The position numbers and the translations under genes were made by a program. A DNA stretch of 64,000 nt from an uncultured Ruficoccus sp. (GTDB lineage: Bacteria; Verrucomicrobiota; Verrucomicrobiia; Opitutales; Cerasicoccaceae). The DNA is taken from positions 160,001 to 224,000 of the forward strand of contig OZ223481.1 in NCBI GenBank assembly GCA_965140785.1. Reading direction: 5' to 3'. Shown one piece after another: positions 37,530 through 47,421 of the stretch (within the stretch, counting starts at the first letter, position 1; each line of letters opens with the position of its first letter). The notes beneath the pieces were generated by a model that made no database searches, had not been told where the DNA came from, and saw nothing but the letters and a program-made list of their open reading frames with translations.

Positions 37530-38888
37530 ATGCCTTTTGGAGAAACCATCGCCGCCCTGTCCACCCCGACCGGGGAAGCCGCCCTCGCCGTCATCCGCCT
37601 GTCCGGACCGGACTGCGAGCGTGTGGGCCGGGACTGCTTCGGTTCCACGTGGAACGCTGAGCCCCGCCGCGCCGCGCTCGTCGAATACAAGTCGCTGGCC
37701 AACAAGACGTTGGACAAGTGCCTCGCCCTCTACTTTCAAGACGGGCACAGCTACACCGGCGAGCCGATGCTGGAGCTGAGCCTGCACGGCAGCCCGCTCG
37801 TCGTCCAGCTCGTGCTGGAGGATTTGCTGGCGCGGGGCTGTCGGCTGGCCGAGCCGGGAGAGTTCACCAAGACGGCCTTTCTCAACGGCAAGCTCGACCT
37901 GAGCCAGGCCGAGGCCGTCGGCGATCTCATCCACGCCCGCAGTGAGCGCGCCCTGCACGTCGCCCACCGCCAACTCGCCGGCTCCATCGGCAAGCGCATG
38001 GACGCCTATACCCAGCGGCTGCTCCGTGTTCAGGCCGAGCTGGAGGCGTATATTGATTTTCCCGAGGAGGATTTGCCCGAGGAAGACCAGTCCGGGCCGG
38101 TTTCCGCCATTCAGGTCTTGAGCAGGGATATATCTCAACTCATTGACACCCAACACTTTTCATCCCTACTCCATGAGGGCGTGCAGACCGTCATCCTGGG
38201 TGCGCCCAATGCGGGCAAGAGCAGCTTGCTCAACTGGCTGGCCGGGCAGGACCGGGTCATTGTCAGCGATACGCCCGGCACGACGCGCGATGTGGTGGCC
38301 GAGCGGGTCGTCGTCGGCGACTACGTGCTCCAGCTCATGGATACCGCCGGCCTCCATACATCCGAGGACGCGCTCGAGCGGCTCGGCATGGCGAAAACCC
38401 TGGAGTGGCTGGACCGGGCTGACTTTCTGCTCGTTGTGGTGGATAGCGCCGCCCCCTCCCCTACCCTGCCGCCGGAAGCCCTCGCGAAGATTCACGCCGA
38501 CAACGCACTCGTCATCGAAAACAAGTGCGATCTGCCGGACAGCGAGTCCAAAAGCAACTTCCTGCCCGACTGCCGCCATGTCTGCCTATCCCTGACCACC
38601 GGTGAAGGCTGCGACCAACTGCGTTCCCAGATTACCGAGGCTCTCTCCGCCGGGCACCACGTGCCGCATGAGGACGAGCTAATTGTCAGCACCCGCCACG
38701 CCGCCGCCCTGAGTCGTGCGGTGGAGGCACTGGAAACCACCCTCACCCGCCTTAACGAAGGCGCGCCCCCCGAGCTGGCGGCCTCTGACCTGCGGCTGGC
38801 AGTGGAGGCATTTGGGGAAGTCGTCGGGAAAATTGACAATGAGGCTATGCTCGACCAGCTTTTTGCCTCCTTTTGCATCGGAAAATGA
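37530..38888 (+). CDS. mnmE: tRNA U34 modification GTPase
   Basis: [34 protein letters not shown], terminal FCIGK. Confidence 0.97.
   Translation: MPFGETIAALSTPTGEAALAVIRLSGPDCERVGRDCFGSTWNAEPRRAALVEYKSLANKTLDKCLALYFQDGHSYTGEPMLELSLHGSPLVVQLVLEDLLARGCRLAEPGEFTKTAFLNGKLDLSQAEAVGDLIHARSERALHVAHRQLAGSIGKRMDAYTQRLLRVQAELEAYIDFPEEDLPEEDQSGPVSAIQVLSRDISQLIDTQHFSSLLHEGVQTVILGAPNAGKSSLLNWLAGQDRVIVSDTPGTTRDVVAERVVVGDYVLQLMDTAGLHTSEDALERLGMAKTLEWLDRADFLLVVVDSAAPSPTLPPEALAKIHADNALVIENKCDLPDSESKSNFLPDCRHVCLSLTTGEGCDQLRSQITEALSAGHHVPHEDELIVSTRHAAALSRAVEALETTLTRLNEGAPPELAASDLRLAVEAFGEVVGKIDNEAMLDQLFASFCIGK
37641..37656. other. parS-like site inside mnmE
   Basis: GGTTCCACGTGGAACG with perfect 14-bp palindromic core GTTCCACGTGGAAC. 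Confidence 0.7.
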
Positions 38889-40819
38889 AGCCTCCCTTGA
38901 AATTCGGCCCTGATCAGCCCTACGATGTCATCGTCTGCGGTGCCGGACACGCCGGGTGTGAAGCCGCCATGGCCGCCGCCCGCATGGGCGCCGACACCCT
39001 CCTGCTGACCGGGAATATCGACACCATCGCGCAGATGAGCTGTAATCCGGCCATCGGCGGCCAGGCCAAAGGCCACATTGTGCGCGAGATCGACGCCCTC
39101 GGCGGTGTCATGGCCTTGAACGCCGACACCACCGCCATCCAGTTCCGCCTCTTAAACGCGTCCAAGGGCCCCGCCGTCCAGGCCCCCCGCGCCCAGTGCG
39201 ATAAAAAGGCGTACCAATTCCGCATGAAGCACCAGATCGAGCTTCAGGACAACCTGACGCTCTTTCAGGCCCTGGTCGAGGGGCTGATTTTCGAGGGTGA
39301 CCGGGTCGCGGGAGTAAAAACCCGCCTGGATGTCAGCTTTTACGGCAAAACCGTGGTCGTGACGACCGGGACCTTCCTGCGGGGCCTGATGCATATCGGC
39401 AAAAACCGTAATGAAGGGGGCCGACTAGGAGATTTTACGGCCAAGGGACTCTCCGGGAGCTTTCTGGAGGCCGGTATCGAGCTGGAACGGCTGAAAACAG
39501 GCACACCGCCCCGTATCCTGGGCTCCAGCATCGATTTTTCTGTCTGCGAGGAGCAAAAAGGCGATACGCAGCCCACCCGCTTCGGGTTTTACGACACACA
39601 CTTCGGCGAGGATGTGTTCCACGTGGAACATTTACAGGGCAATCCAGAGTGGGACCGGCGACTGTTCCACGTGGAACAGTCCGGTCAGCGTTTGCTTGGC
39701 TGGCTACCCGGCGCGGACCAGGTTTCCTGCTGGGAAACCACGACTACCGAGCAGACCGGGGACATTATCCGCGAGAATCTCCACCTTTCCCCCCTTTACG
39801 GCGGGATGATCGAGGGGGTGGGGCCCCGGTACTGCCCGAGCATCGAGGACAAGATCGTGCGCTTTGCCGACAAGCCCTCGCACAAGCTGTTTCTGGAGCC
39901 GGAGGGCCGCAATACCGACGAGTGGTACATCAACGGACTCTCCAGCAGCCTGCCTTTCGAGGTTCAGCTCCAGATCCTGCATAGCGTGAAGGGTCTGGAG
40001 CGGGCGGTTATGCTGCGCCCGGCCTACGCGGTAGAGTACGATTTCGCGCCGCCGACGCAGCTGTTTCCGTCCCTGGAGTCCAAAAAGGTCGAGGGCTTGT
40101 TCTTCGCCGGGCAGATTAACGGTACCTCCGGCTATGAAGAGGCCGCCGGGCAAGGGCTGCTGGCGGGAGTCAATGCTGTGCAGAAGGTGAGGGGAGGGAC
40201 GCCGCTGGTGCTGGGCCGCCACGAGGGCTACCTCGGCGTGCTGATCGACGACCTTGTGACCAAGGGCACAAAGGAGCCGTACCGGATGTTCACCAGCCGT
40301 GCCGAGTACCGACTGCTCTTTAACCACGGCAGCGCCGAGATCCGCCTCGGGCCGCATGCGATTGCCCACGGACTGATCGAGCAGGAACGGGCGAGCCGCA
40401 TGCAGGATAAACTGGCGCAGATTGCCAGCTGGACAGAGAAACTGGAGGCCACCACCACCCGCGGCGGTACCTATGGGGATTTACTGCGGCGCAACCGGGC
40501 AGAAGCAGAGACACAATTGCCCCAGGAGTTTCAGCAACTCTCACAGGCCATCCGCGACGAGGTGCTCTACTGCATCTGCTACCGGGGCTACCGGGAGCGC
40601 GAACTCCGACACATTGAAAAGCTCAAGGGGATCGCCAACGTAAAACTTCCAAAAGATTTTAATTTCCTGGAAATTAAGGGATTACGTAAGGAGAGCGCGC
40701 TCAAGCTGGATGAAATCCGCCCACTCGACCTCGCCCAGGCCAGCCGGATCAGCGGTGTTAATCCCGCCGACATCAGCCTGATTCTGGTCGCCCTGAAGGC
40801 ACGCCGGAGCCAGCGCTGA
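38885..40819 (+). CDS. mnmG: tRNA U34 carboxymethylaminomethyl modification enzyme
   Basis: [65 protein letters not shown]. Confidence 0.98.
   Translation: MKPPLKFGPDQPYDVIVCGAGHAGCEAAMAAARMGADTLLLTGNIDTIAQMSCNPAIGGQAKGHIVREIDALGGVMALNADTTAIQFRLLNASKGPAVQAPRAQCDKKAYQFRMKHQIELQDNLTLFQALVEGLIFEGDRVAGVKTRLDVSFYGKTVVVTTGTFLRGLMHIGKNRNEGGRLGDFTAKGLSGSFLEAGIELERLKTGTPPRILGSSIDFSVCEEQKGDTQPTRFGFYDTHFGEDVFHVEHLQGNPEWDRRLFHVEQSGQRLLGWLPGADQVSCWETTTTEQTGDIIRENLHLSPLYGGMIEGVGPRYCPSIEDKIVRFADKPSHKLFLEPEGRNTDEWYINGLSSSLPFEVQLQILHSVKGLERAVMLRPAYAVEYDFAPPTQLFPSLESKKVEGLFFAGQINGTSGYEEAAGQGLLAGVNAVQKVRGGTPLVLGRHEGYLGVLIDDLVTKGTKEPYRMFTSRAEYRLLFNHGSAEIRLGPHAIAHGLIEQERASRMQDKLAQIASWTEKLEATTTRGGTYGDLLRRNRAEAETQLPQEFQQLSQAIRDEVLYCICYRGYRERELRHIEKLKGIANVKLPKDFNFLEIKGLRKESALKLDEIRPLDLAQASRISGVNPADISLILVALKARRSQR
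39615..39630. other. parS site inside mnmG
   Basis: Perfect palindrome TGTTCCACGTGGAACA. Confidence 0.85.
39663..39678. other. parS site inside mnmG
   Basis: Perfect palindrome TGTTCCACGTGGAACA, extending to 20 bp (39661-39680). Confidence 0.85.
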
Positions 40820-40882
40820 AAGGGATGGCTCCGGCATGAACTGGCTGGGGTGATGGCCAGGGCCAGTGTCCAGTCCGGGGGA

Positions 40883-40916
40883 GATCCTTCGACTCGCACC
40901 GCTCGCTCAGGTTGAC
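40883..40916 (-). repeat. CGTC-type REP-like element
   Basis: GATCCTTCGACTCGCACCGCTCGCTCAGGTTGAC, inverted relative of 3195-3228. Confidence 0.55.
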
Positions 40917-41134
40917 AACGGGTAGGTAATCATTGTCTCGGAGTAGCTGCTGCCTGGGCAATTGGTCGTCGGTACTGTGTGGGTCGGCAGGCAGATAGAT
41001 GGGACCACAGGGTAGGGGAGAAGTGGGCCGCCCACCGCGTTTTACGCGCAGCCTGTCCTCAGCCTTATCGGTTGATGACGCTGTGCTGACACGGACGCTT
41101 TTCACCACCGGTCAAGCCCCGGCGGGCGATTCTG

Positions 41135-41174
41135 TTGTAATATTGTCGTTACGTCGTTGTCACGTTGACGTGAC
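41135..41174 (+). promoter_or_regulatory. Pho-box-like array (4 units, 11-bp period)
   Basis: TTGTAAT 41135, TCGTTAC 41146, TTGTCAC 41157, ACGTGAC 41168. Confidence 0.6.
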
Positions 41175-41246
41175 GACCGCCAGTAACTCTTTGGTATCTT
41201 GCTTATAGCCAACGAGTTGATAACACAACAACGAGACCCATAGGTA

Positions 41247-41275
41247 TTTACATTTTATTTACAAAATGTTTTCAA
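41247..41275 (+). promoter_or_regulatory. Second 11-bp-period direct repeat array (OmpR/PhoB-type boxes)
   Basis: TTTACAT 41247, TTTACAA 41258, TTTTCAA 41269. Confidence 0.5.
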
Positions 41276-41327
41276 TGTTGGCAAAGGATGTGTTTTGACT
41301 CATAGCTGAGGGTCATACTTCCCTGCC

Positions 41328-42023
41328 GTGAACAAAGATAAGAAAATACTCGTTGTCGATGACGAGCCGGACGTGACCGAGTTGCTTGACTACAAGCTGC
41401 GGCAGGAAGGCTATCGCGTCTCAGTGATCAACGATCCGCTGATGATCATGGGGACGGCCCGCTCGTTCCATCCCGATCTGGTCATCCTGGACATCATGAT
41501 GCCTGACCTCAATGGCATCCAGATCTGCCGCATGCTGCGGGCCGACCCGGTCATGAAGGCCGTCCCGGTCATCTTCCTGACCGCGCGCGGCGAGGCCGAC
41601 GACCGAATCAAGGGCTTCGAGACGGGCGCGGACGACTATATCAGCAAGCCTTTCGACACCCGCGAGCTGCTGCTGCGCGTCAAGGCGCTGTTTAAGCGTC
41701 TGGGGCAGAGTGCCGAGGCCAACGCCGAGCGGGAAATCGCCATCGGCAAGGTGACGATCGACATCGAGAAGCACCGCCTGAGCGTGGAGGGGCGCGACGT
41801 GGACCTGACCGCGACCGAGTTCAAGCTGCTGCGGCTGCTGATGGAGCGCAAGGGCCGGGTGCAGAGCCGGGAGAATCTACTGGTGAACGTGTGGAACTAC
41901 GAGGCGGACATCGAGACGCGCACCGTGGACACGCATATCCGCCGCCTGCGCGAGAAGCTCGAAGACCATGCCGGGATCATTGAAACGGTCCGCGGTGTCG
42001 GCTACCGCGCCGTTGACAAGTGA
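41328..42023 (+). CDS. phoB: OmpR/PhoB family response regulator (PhoB-like)
   Basis: VVDDE, LDIMMP, GADDYISKPF, RTVDTHIRRLR, TVRGVGY; GTG start. Confidence 0.8.
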   Translation: MNKDKKILVVDDEPDVTELLDYKLRQEGYRVSVINDPLMIMGTARSFHPDLVILDIMMPDLNGIQICRMLRADPVMKAVPVIFLTARGEADDRIKGFETGADDYISKPFDTRELLLRVKALFKRLGQSAEANAEREIAIGKVTIDIEKHRLSVEGRDVDLTATEFKLLRLLMERKGRVQSRENLLVNVWNYEADIETRTVDTHIRRLREKLEDHAGIIETVRGVGYRAVDK

Positions 42024-42051
42024 GCCCTTTCGTGGCCAGCATTCCAGCAGC

Positions 42052-43389
42052 ATGGGGGTACTCGTTTTTCTATTGGCCGTCTGGGTTCTGTACCTGCTGC
42101 TGCGACTGAGCCGTCTGCGCGCCGTGATGAAAAAGGCCACTGAGGCCCTTGAGTCACGCAAGTCATTCCTTTTAAACGAGAAGGGGAACTGGAGGCGGCG
42201 ATACTTTCTGGATAGGATGGCGCGGGAGATCAACACGCTGACCGATATCCAACGCCACACCGAGCGGCGCGAAGAGGGCTACCTCCAGCAGATCGAAACC
42301 GCACTGGAGAACCTGATCGAGGCTGTCCTGATCGTCAATGACGAGAACCAGCTCGTCATGGCCAACCCGGCCGCCCGCCGCCTGCTGCGCATGGAGGGGC
42401 GCACGGAGGGCAAGCGCGTCGAGCAGTACCTGCAGAGCCCGCAGTTTCTGGAGTTGATGAAGCGCATCCGCGCCGGCGAATACAGCGGCTTTCAGGAGAT
42501 CGAGCTGGTGCGGGGCAAGGCTTCGCACACCTTCGAGGTAACGGGGGCACCGATCCCGAACGTCGACCCGCATGCCCCGGACATGACGCTGTTCGTGCTG
42601 CACGACATCACGCGTCTGAAAGTGCTGGAGGGTATCCGTAAGGAATTTGTAGCTAACGTCTCGCACGAGTTGCGCACACCCGTCACAATCATCAAGGGCT
42701 ACGCCGACACGCTGCTGGAGGACCAGGCCCAGCTTGAGCCGGAGGACATGGCCCGCTTTCTGGCCAAAATCCAGAAAAACGTGGACCGCCTGCACCTGCT
42801 GCTGGAAGACCTGCTTGTGCTCTCGCGGCTGGAGTGGGGGACCGAGTCGGTCTCGAAGGAGCCGTACTCGCTGCCGCAGATCCTGCGCGAGCTCCAGGAG
42901 AACATCCAGGCTCGCCTGGAAAACAGCGGTAAAAAGCTTTTTATCGAGATTGACCCGATGGTGGACCGCCTGATGATCGACCCGATCAAAATTTCGCGTG
43001 TCTTTCAAAATGTTTGCGACAACATCACCCGCTATGCCAAAGGGTTTACCAAAATCCAGATCCGCGCCCGCTACGAGGGTGGCCGGGTCCGGGTATCGAT
43101 CGAGGACGACGGGTGCGGGATTCCCGCCGCCGACGTACCACACATTTTTGAGCGCTTTTACCGCGTGGACAAGGGCCGTTCGCGCGAACTGGGAGGGACG
43201 GGCCTGGGTTTGAGCATCGTCAAGCACATCATCCAGCTCCATGGGGGCGAAGTCGCCGCGCACAGCGTGGAAGGCGAGGGCACCCGGATCGAGTTCACGC
43301 TGCCGGACACCAGCGCCGAGGCCGCCGCCCGGGTGTCGGCCACGCGCCGCGCGCGCCGGGGTACCCAGCCGGTTGATTCCGATGCCTGA
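42052..43389 (+). CDS. phoR: PAS-domain sensor histidine kinase (PhoR-like)
   Basis: N-terminal TM, PAS, RKEFVANVSHELRTP, IFERFYRVDKGRSR..GGTGLGLSIVKH. Confidence 0.82.
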   Translation: MGVLVFLLAVWVLYLLLRLSRLRAVMKKATEALESRKSFLLNEKGNWRRRYFLDRMAREINTLTDIQRHTERREEGYLQQIETALENLIEAVLIVNDENQLVMANPAARRLLRMEGRTEGKRVEQYLQSPQFLELMKRIRAGEYSGFQEIELVRGKASHTFEVTGAPIPNVDPHAPDMTLFVLHDITRLKVLEGIRKEFVANVSHELRTPVTIIKGYADTLLEDQAQLEPEDMARFLAKIQKNVDRLHLLLEDLLVLSRLEWGTESVSKEPYSLPQILRELQENIQARLENSGKKLFIEIDPMVDRLMIDPIKISRVFQNVCDNITRYAKGFTKIQIRARYEGGRVRVSIEDDGCGIPAADVPHIFERFYRVDKGRSRELGGTGLGLSIVKHIIQLHGGEVAAHSVEGEGTRIEFTLPDTSAEAAARVSATRRARRGTQPVDSDA

Positions 43390-44017
43390 GCAAGCGACTT
43401 TCACCGAACTCGACGGGTATGCCGCCGCCCAAGCGCGCTCCCGCCAGCGTCGTCAGGAGTTAGCGAAGTGGTGCCGCACCCACCTCGACCCGGCCGAGCC
43501 GTTCGTGCTGGAGTTCGGCTGCGGGCACGGGCATTTTTTGGCCGCCTTCGCCGAGGCCCACCCCGAGCGCCACTGCGTGGGCATCGATATCATGACCAAG
43601 CGCATTGAGAAGGCCACCGCCAAGGCGGCCAAGCGCGGGCTGGACCGGCTGCACTTCCTCAAGGCCGAGGCGGACGAATTCCTCGCCGCGCTCCGGGGCT
43701 ACGCCCGGGCCGAGCTGGTCTTCATGCTCTTTCCCGACCCGTGGCCGAAAAAGCGCCACCACAAGCACCGCATGGTGCAGACGGGTTTTCTCGACGAGCT
43801 GGCCGACGTCACCGTTCCGGGGGGGCGCTTCTGCTTCCGCACCGACCACGACGACTATCATCTCTGGACCGCCGACCACCTGTATCGGCACCCGCGCTGG
43901 GAGATCCAGCCCGCCGAGCCCTGGCCATTTGAGTATGCCACCTACTTCCAGGGGCACATGGAGGCCTACCGGTCAGTGATCGGCAGGGTCCGGCTGGACC
44001 AGCATTCAAAGGCGTAG
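43382..44017 (+). CDS. trmB: tRNA (guanine-N7)-methyltransferase
   Basis: LEFGCG.G.F, FPDPWPKKRHHKHR, FRTD. Confidence 0.92.
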   Translation: MPEQATFTELDGYAAAQARSRQRRQELAKWCRTHLDPAEPFVLEFGCGHGHFLAAFAEAHPERHCVGIDIMTKRIEKATAKAAKRGLDRLHFLKAEADEFLAALRGYARAELVFMLFPDPWPKKRHHKHRMVQTGFLDELADVTVPGGRFCFRTDHDDYHLWTADHLYRHPRWEIQPAEPWPFEYATYFQGHMEAYRSVIGRVRLDQHSKA

Positions 44018-44051
44018 CCGACTTTCTGGCGACGTAGGGGGCAAACTCCCT
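43981..44051. repeat. Mosaic repeat: M3 sub-module(-) + M2(+), overlapping the trmB 3' end
   Basis: CGGCAGGGTCCGGCTGGACCAGCATT is the reverse complement of the M3 inner segment; GGCGTAGCCGACTTTCTGGCGACGTAGGGG is a degenerate M2 whose first GTAG contains the trmB stop. Confidence 0.7.
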
Positions 44052-44088
44052 CATGGCCAGATAGCCAGCAGGTGCACACCCGCTTCAA

Positions 44089-44595
44089 CTAGGCGGCGCC
44101 GAGCTGGACGCGTTCTTCGGCGAGAAGGCGGCGCTTGAGGGGCAGGCCCCAGCGAAATCCGCCCAATGAGCCGTCCTGTCGGATGACGCGGTGGCAGGGG
44201 ATGAGCCAGGCGAGGGGATTGCGCCCAATGGCGGTGCCGACGGCGCGGGTGGCCCGGGGGCGGCCCACGGTGCGGGCGATGTCGGCGTAGGTGCGGGTTT
44301 CTCCGGCGGGGATGGCCTGGAGGGCTTCCCAGACGGCCCGCTGGAACGCGGTCCCCTGCGGAGCGGTCGGGACGGCTTCTCCGGCAAAAACCCGGTCGGC
44401 CAACTGACGGGCGCGAACGTCGTTGCGGACGAAGTCCTGACCCAGCCCGGCGGCGGTCAGGACGGCGAGGGGCTCGTCGTCCGCTTGGAGAAATCCCAGA
44501 TAGACGAGCTGCTGGTCGCGCTCGGCGAGAAGACAGGGGCCGTACGGAGAGTCGGCCAAGCCGTAAGTGCTCGGGGACACCGAAATCATGCTCAT
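44089..44595 (-). CDS. ogt: Methylated-DNA-protein-cysteine methyltransferase
   Basis: GTAFQ..VW, IP.G...Y, RAVG.A...NP, IPCHRV. Confidence 0.9.
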   Translation of the reverse strand: MSMISVSPSTYGLADSPYGPCLLAERDQQLVYLGFLQADDEPLAVLTAAGLGQDFVRNDVRARQLADRVFAGEAVPTAPQGTAFQRAVWEALQAIPAGETRTYADIARTVGRPRATRAVGTAIGRNPLAWLIPCHRVIRQDGSLGGFRWGLPLKRRLLAEERVQLGAA

Positions 44596-44813
44596 AAAAT
44601 ATCCAGCGAGACCAGCATGGCAAGCTGCCCCAGCAAAGTTAACAAAAGTAAAACATAGACCCAGATGCTGAAGAGGTCGGGATTCAGGCGCCGCTCAACC
44701 GGCCAGGGTTTCGCCTTAGCTGGATGATTAACAGCAGGTTCCGGAACGCCGGAAGTGGGCTTGCGCTTCTCCCAGTCGCTGAGGGCGCCGGTCAGATCCT
44801 TGGGGCTGGGCAT
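44592..44813 (-). CDS. Small protein with C-terminal TM helix
   Basis: 73 aa, ATGA overlap with the ogt start. Confidence 0.6.
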   Translation of the reverse strand: MPSPKDLTGALSDWEKRKPTSGVPEPAVNHPAKAKPWPVERRLNPDLFSIWVYVLLLLTLLGQLAMLVSLDIL

Positions 44814-45037
44814 GGGTTCAGTCACGCAAAACAGCCCCTTTTCGTCAAGCCGGGAGCGTGCACACCCTGCATAACGATTCCTAATTAATGCCACGCTGGC
44901 TTGTCTCCAGGCCCTTGAAAGCGAATAGAGAGTTGACGATGATTCCTGTGGATTCGAGTGTTGACGCGTCCTGCAGGATACGTCAAAGCGTATGCCCTTT
45001 ATTCAAATCTCTCTCCAGCTCCATTAGCTCAAGTATC

Positions 45038-46000
45038 ATGTCCGTGCCCCCCAAAACGGCGCTACTCACCGGTACCTTAACTCTCTTTACGACATGTGCC
45101 TTCGCCTCCGGCGACGGCGCGGTCAGCCCCTACGCGTATGAACTGACCGAGTTCCTGGGGCTGCCCATCACCAACGCCATGTTCACGGGCTGGGTGCTGT
45201 CGATCCTGCTGATCCTCGCGATCCGTCTCATGGTGGGCCGCGCGACCCTGATCCCGAAAGCCGGCCAGGCCATGGTGGAGGGGCTGGTTCAGTGGGTCTA
45301 TGACACGATGGCCCCGATCGTGGGCAAGCGGTTGATCAAGAAAGTCTTTCCGCTGCTGCTGTGCCTGTTCACCTACATCCTGATCATGAACTGGAGCGGG
45401 CTGCTGCCCGGCGTGGGCACCTTCGGGCACTTCGTGCCGACTGAAGAGATTTCGCAAATGGAAGCCCTCCATCTTGAGGAAGAAGGTCAACTGGTCAAAG
45501 AAGTGGACGGCAAATACTACGAAGGTCACTTCAATTATTTTTTCCGTCCGGTCAATTCCGACCTGAATACCACTCTGGCCCTCTCTATTATTTCCTTCAT
45601 TGCCTGGATCTGGTTCGTTTTTAAATACGTGGGGGTAAACGCGCTCAGACACGACCTCTTCGGTAACAAGGCGGATAAAAAGGAAGTCCCCGCCGCGATC
45701 TACTTCGTCCTCTTCGGGGTTTTCTTCGGGGTGGGGATTATTGAGGTTCTTTCTATTTTCTTCCGTCTGGTGTCTCTGCCTTTCCGACTCTTCGGCAACG
45801 TTTTCGGGGGCGAAAACCTGCTGACCAGCATGCACGGTATGTTCGAGTGGATACTGCCGGTGCCCTTTTACTTCCTGGAAATCCTCATCGGCTTTGTCCA
45901 AGCCCTCGTTTTCACTCTCTTGACGGCTGTGTACATTGGCCTGATCTGCAATCACGAAGGCCCGGAGGAACACGCCAAGGCAAACGCCAACGCCCATTAA
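45038..46000 (+). CDS. atpB: ATP synthase F0 subunit a
   Basis: NWSGLLPG, DLNTTLAL, SLPFRLFGN, QALVFTLL..VY. Confidence 0.95.
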   Translation: MSVPPKTALLTGTLTLFTTCAFASGDGAVSPYAYELTEFLGLPITNAMFTGWVLSILLILAIRLMVGRATLIPKAGQAMVEGLVQWVYDTMAPIVGKRLIKKVFPLLLCLFTYILIMNWSGLLPGVGTFGHFVPTEEISQMEALHLEEEGQLVKEVDGKYYEGHFNYFFRPVNSDLNTTLALSIISFIAWIWFVFKYVGVNALRHDLFGNKADKKEVPAAIYFVLFGVFFGVGIIEVLSIFFRLVSLPFRLFGNVFGGENLLTSMHGMFEWILPVPFYFLEILIGFVQALVFTLLTAVYIGLICNHEGPEEHAKANANAH

Positions 46001-46324
<324 letters not shown>

Positions 46325-46391
46325 ACCTTATTTGCTTTGGCGCCCGGTCACGCTGGCCGGGCGCTGAATCAACCCCTTTCCTTTTCCTCCC

Positions 46392-46949
46392 ATGCTCAAT
46401 AATTTCCTCATTCTTGCCGCCACCGAGGAAGCTTCGAATCCGATACAGGCGCTCAGCAACAGCTTCCACCTCGAGTGGCACCTGCTGCTGGCCCAGGCCA
46501 TCAACTTCATTGTGGTGGCCTTCGTCCTGTGGAAGTTCGCCTTCAAGCCCGTCGTTTCGACCCTGGATACGCGCCGCAAAAAGATCGAGGACGGCCTCCA
46601 GTACGCCGAGGAGATGAAGGCCCGCCTGGCCGACGCCGAAAAACAGTACGCCGAGAAGATGAAGGAAGCCGCCATCGAGGGCTCCCAAATCATCGAAGAG
46701 GCCCGCGAGAACGCCAAGACCTACCTGGAAAAACAGACCCAGGAGGCCGTTTCGAAGGCCGAGGCCATCATGGCCAAGGGCCGCGAATCGGTCGAGCTTG
46801 AGCGCAAGCAGATGCTTTCCGAGCTACGCCGCGAAGTCGCCCACCTCGTCGTGCAGACCTCCGGCAAGGTCCTCAACCGCGACCTCTCCGCCGAGGAGAA
46901 AACCCGTTTCAACGACGCCGCCGCCAAGGAACTCTACAGCAAAAACTGA
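46392..46949 (+). CDS. atpF: ATP synthase F0 subunit b
   Basis: QAINF TM, FKP...L..R...I, coiled coil. Confidence 0.95.
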   Translation: MLNNFLILAATEEASNPIQALSNSFHLEWHLLLAQAINFIVVAFVLWKFAFKPVVSTLDTRRKKIEDGLQYAEEMKARLADAEKQYAEKMKEAAIEGSQIIEEARENAKTYLEKQTQEAVSKAEAIMAKGRESVELERKQMLSELRREVAHLVVQTSGKVLNRDLSAEEKTRFNDAAAKELYSKN

Positions 46950-46967
46950 CCCGGCCCGCCCGTTCTC

Positions 46968-47372
46968 ATGGACCGCAAAACCGAAGACCACCTCAAAGCC
47001 TTTGCCCGCAAGCTTGTCGAGCTCTCCCTCGACGAATCCGGGCGCGTCAGCGCCGAGCGGGTGGGGGACGTGCTCAGCGCGCTTGAGCAAAGCCCGCCGC
47101 GTCACCTGCGCGCCCTGCTCAAGCAGTACCTGGTGTACATCCGCCAGGAGCTGGCCCGCAGCCAGGCCAAGGTCGAGTACGCCGGCGAGCTTTCCGAATC
47201 CACCTTTAACGAAATCCGCGACGAGCTCAGCGAACACTATTCGCGCTCGGTGGAAATCATCGCCAAGGAAAATCCCGAGCTGATCGCGGGCTTCCGTGTG
47301 GCCATCGGTGACGACGTTTACGACGCCTCGCTGGCCGGTCGGCTCCAGTCCCTTGAGACCGCCATCGCCTGA
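46968..47372 (+). CDS. atpH: ATP synthase F1 subunit delta (short form)
   Basis: Operon position; NPELIAGFRVAIGDDVYDASL. Confidence 0.9.
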   Translation: MDRKTEDHLKAFARKLVELSLDESGRVSAERVGDVLSALEQSPPRHLRALLKQYLVYIRQELARSQAKVEYAGELSESTFNEIRDELSEHYSRSVEIIAKENPELIAGFRVAIGDDVYDASLAGRLQSLETAIA

Positions 47373-47421
47373 CCTTTATCATTTATCTATTTAACCACTC
47401 TCTGATCACCCCCGCATTTTT

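Noticed and set aside
39615..39678. TGTTC-N6-GAACA read as a LexA box
   Set aside because: Spacer is 6 rather than 4, the sites are intragenic, and the full 16-mer matches parS
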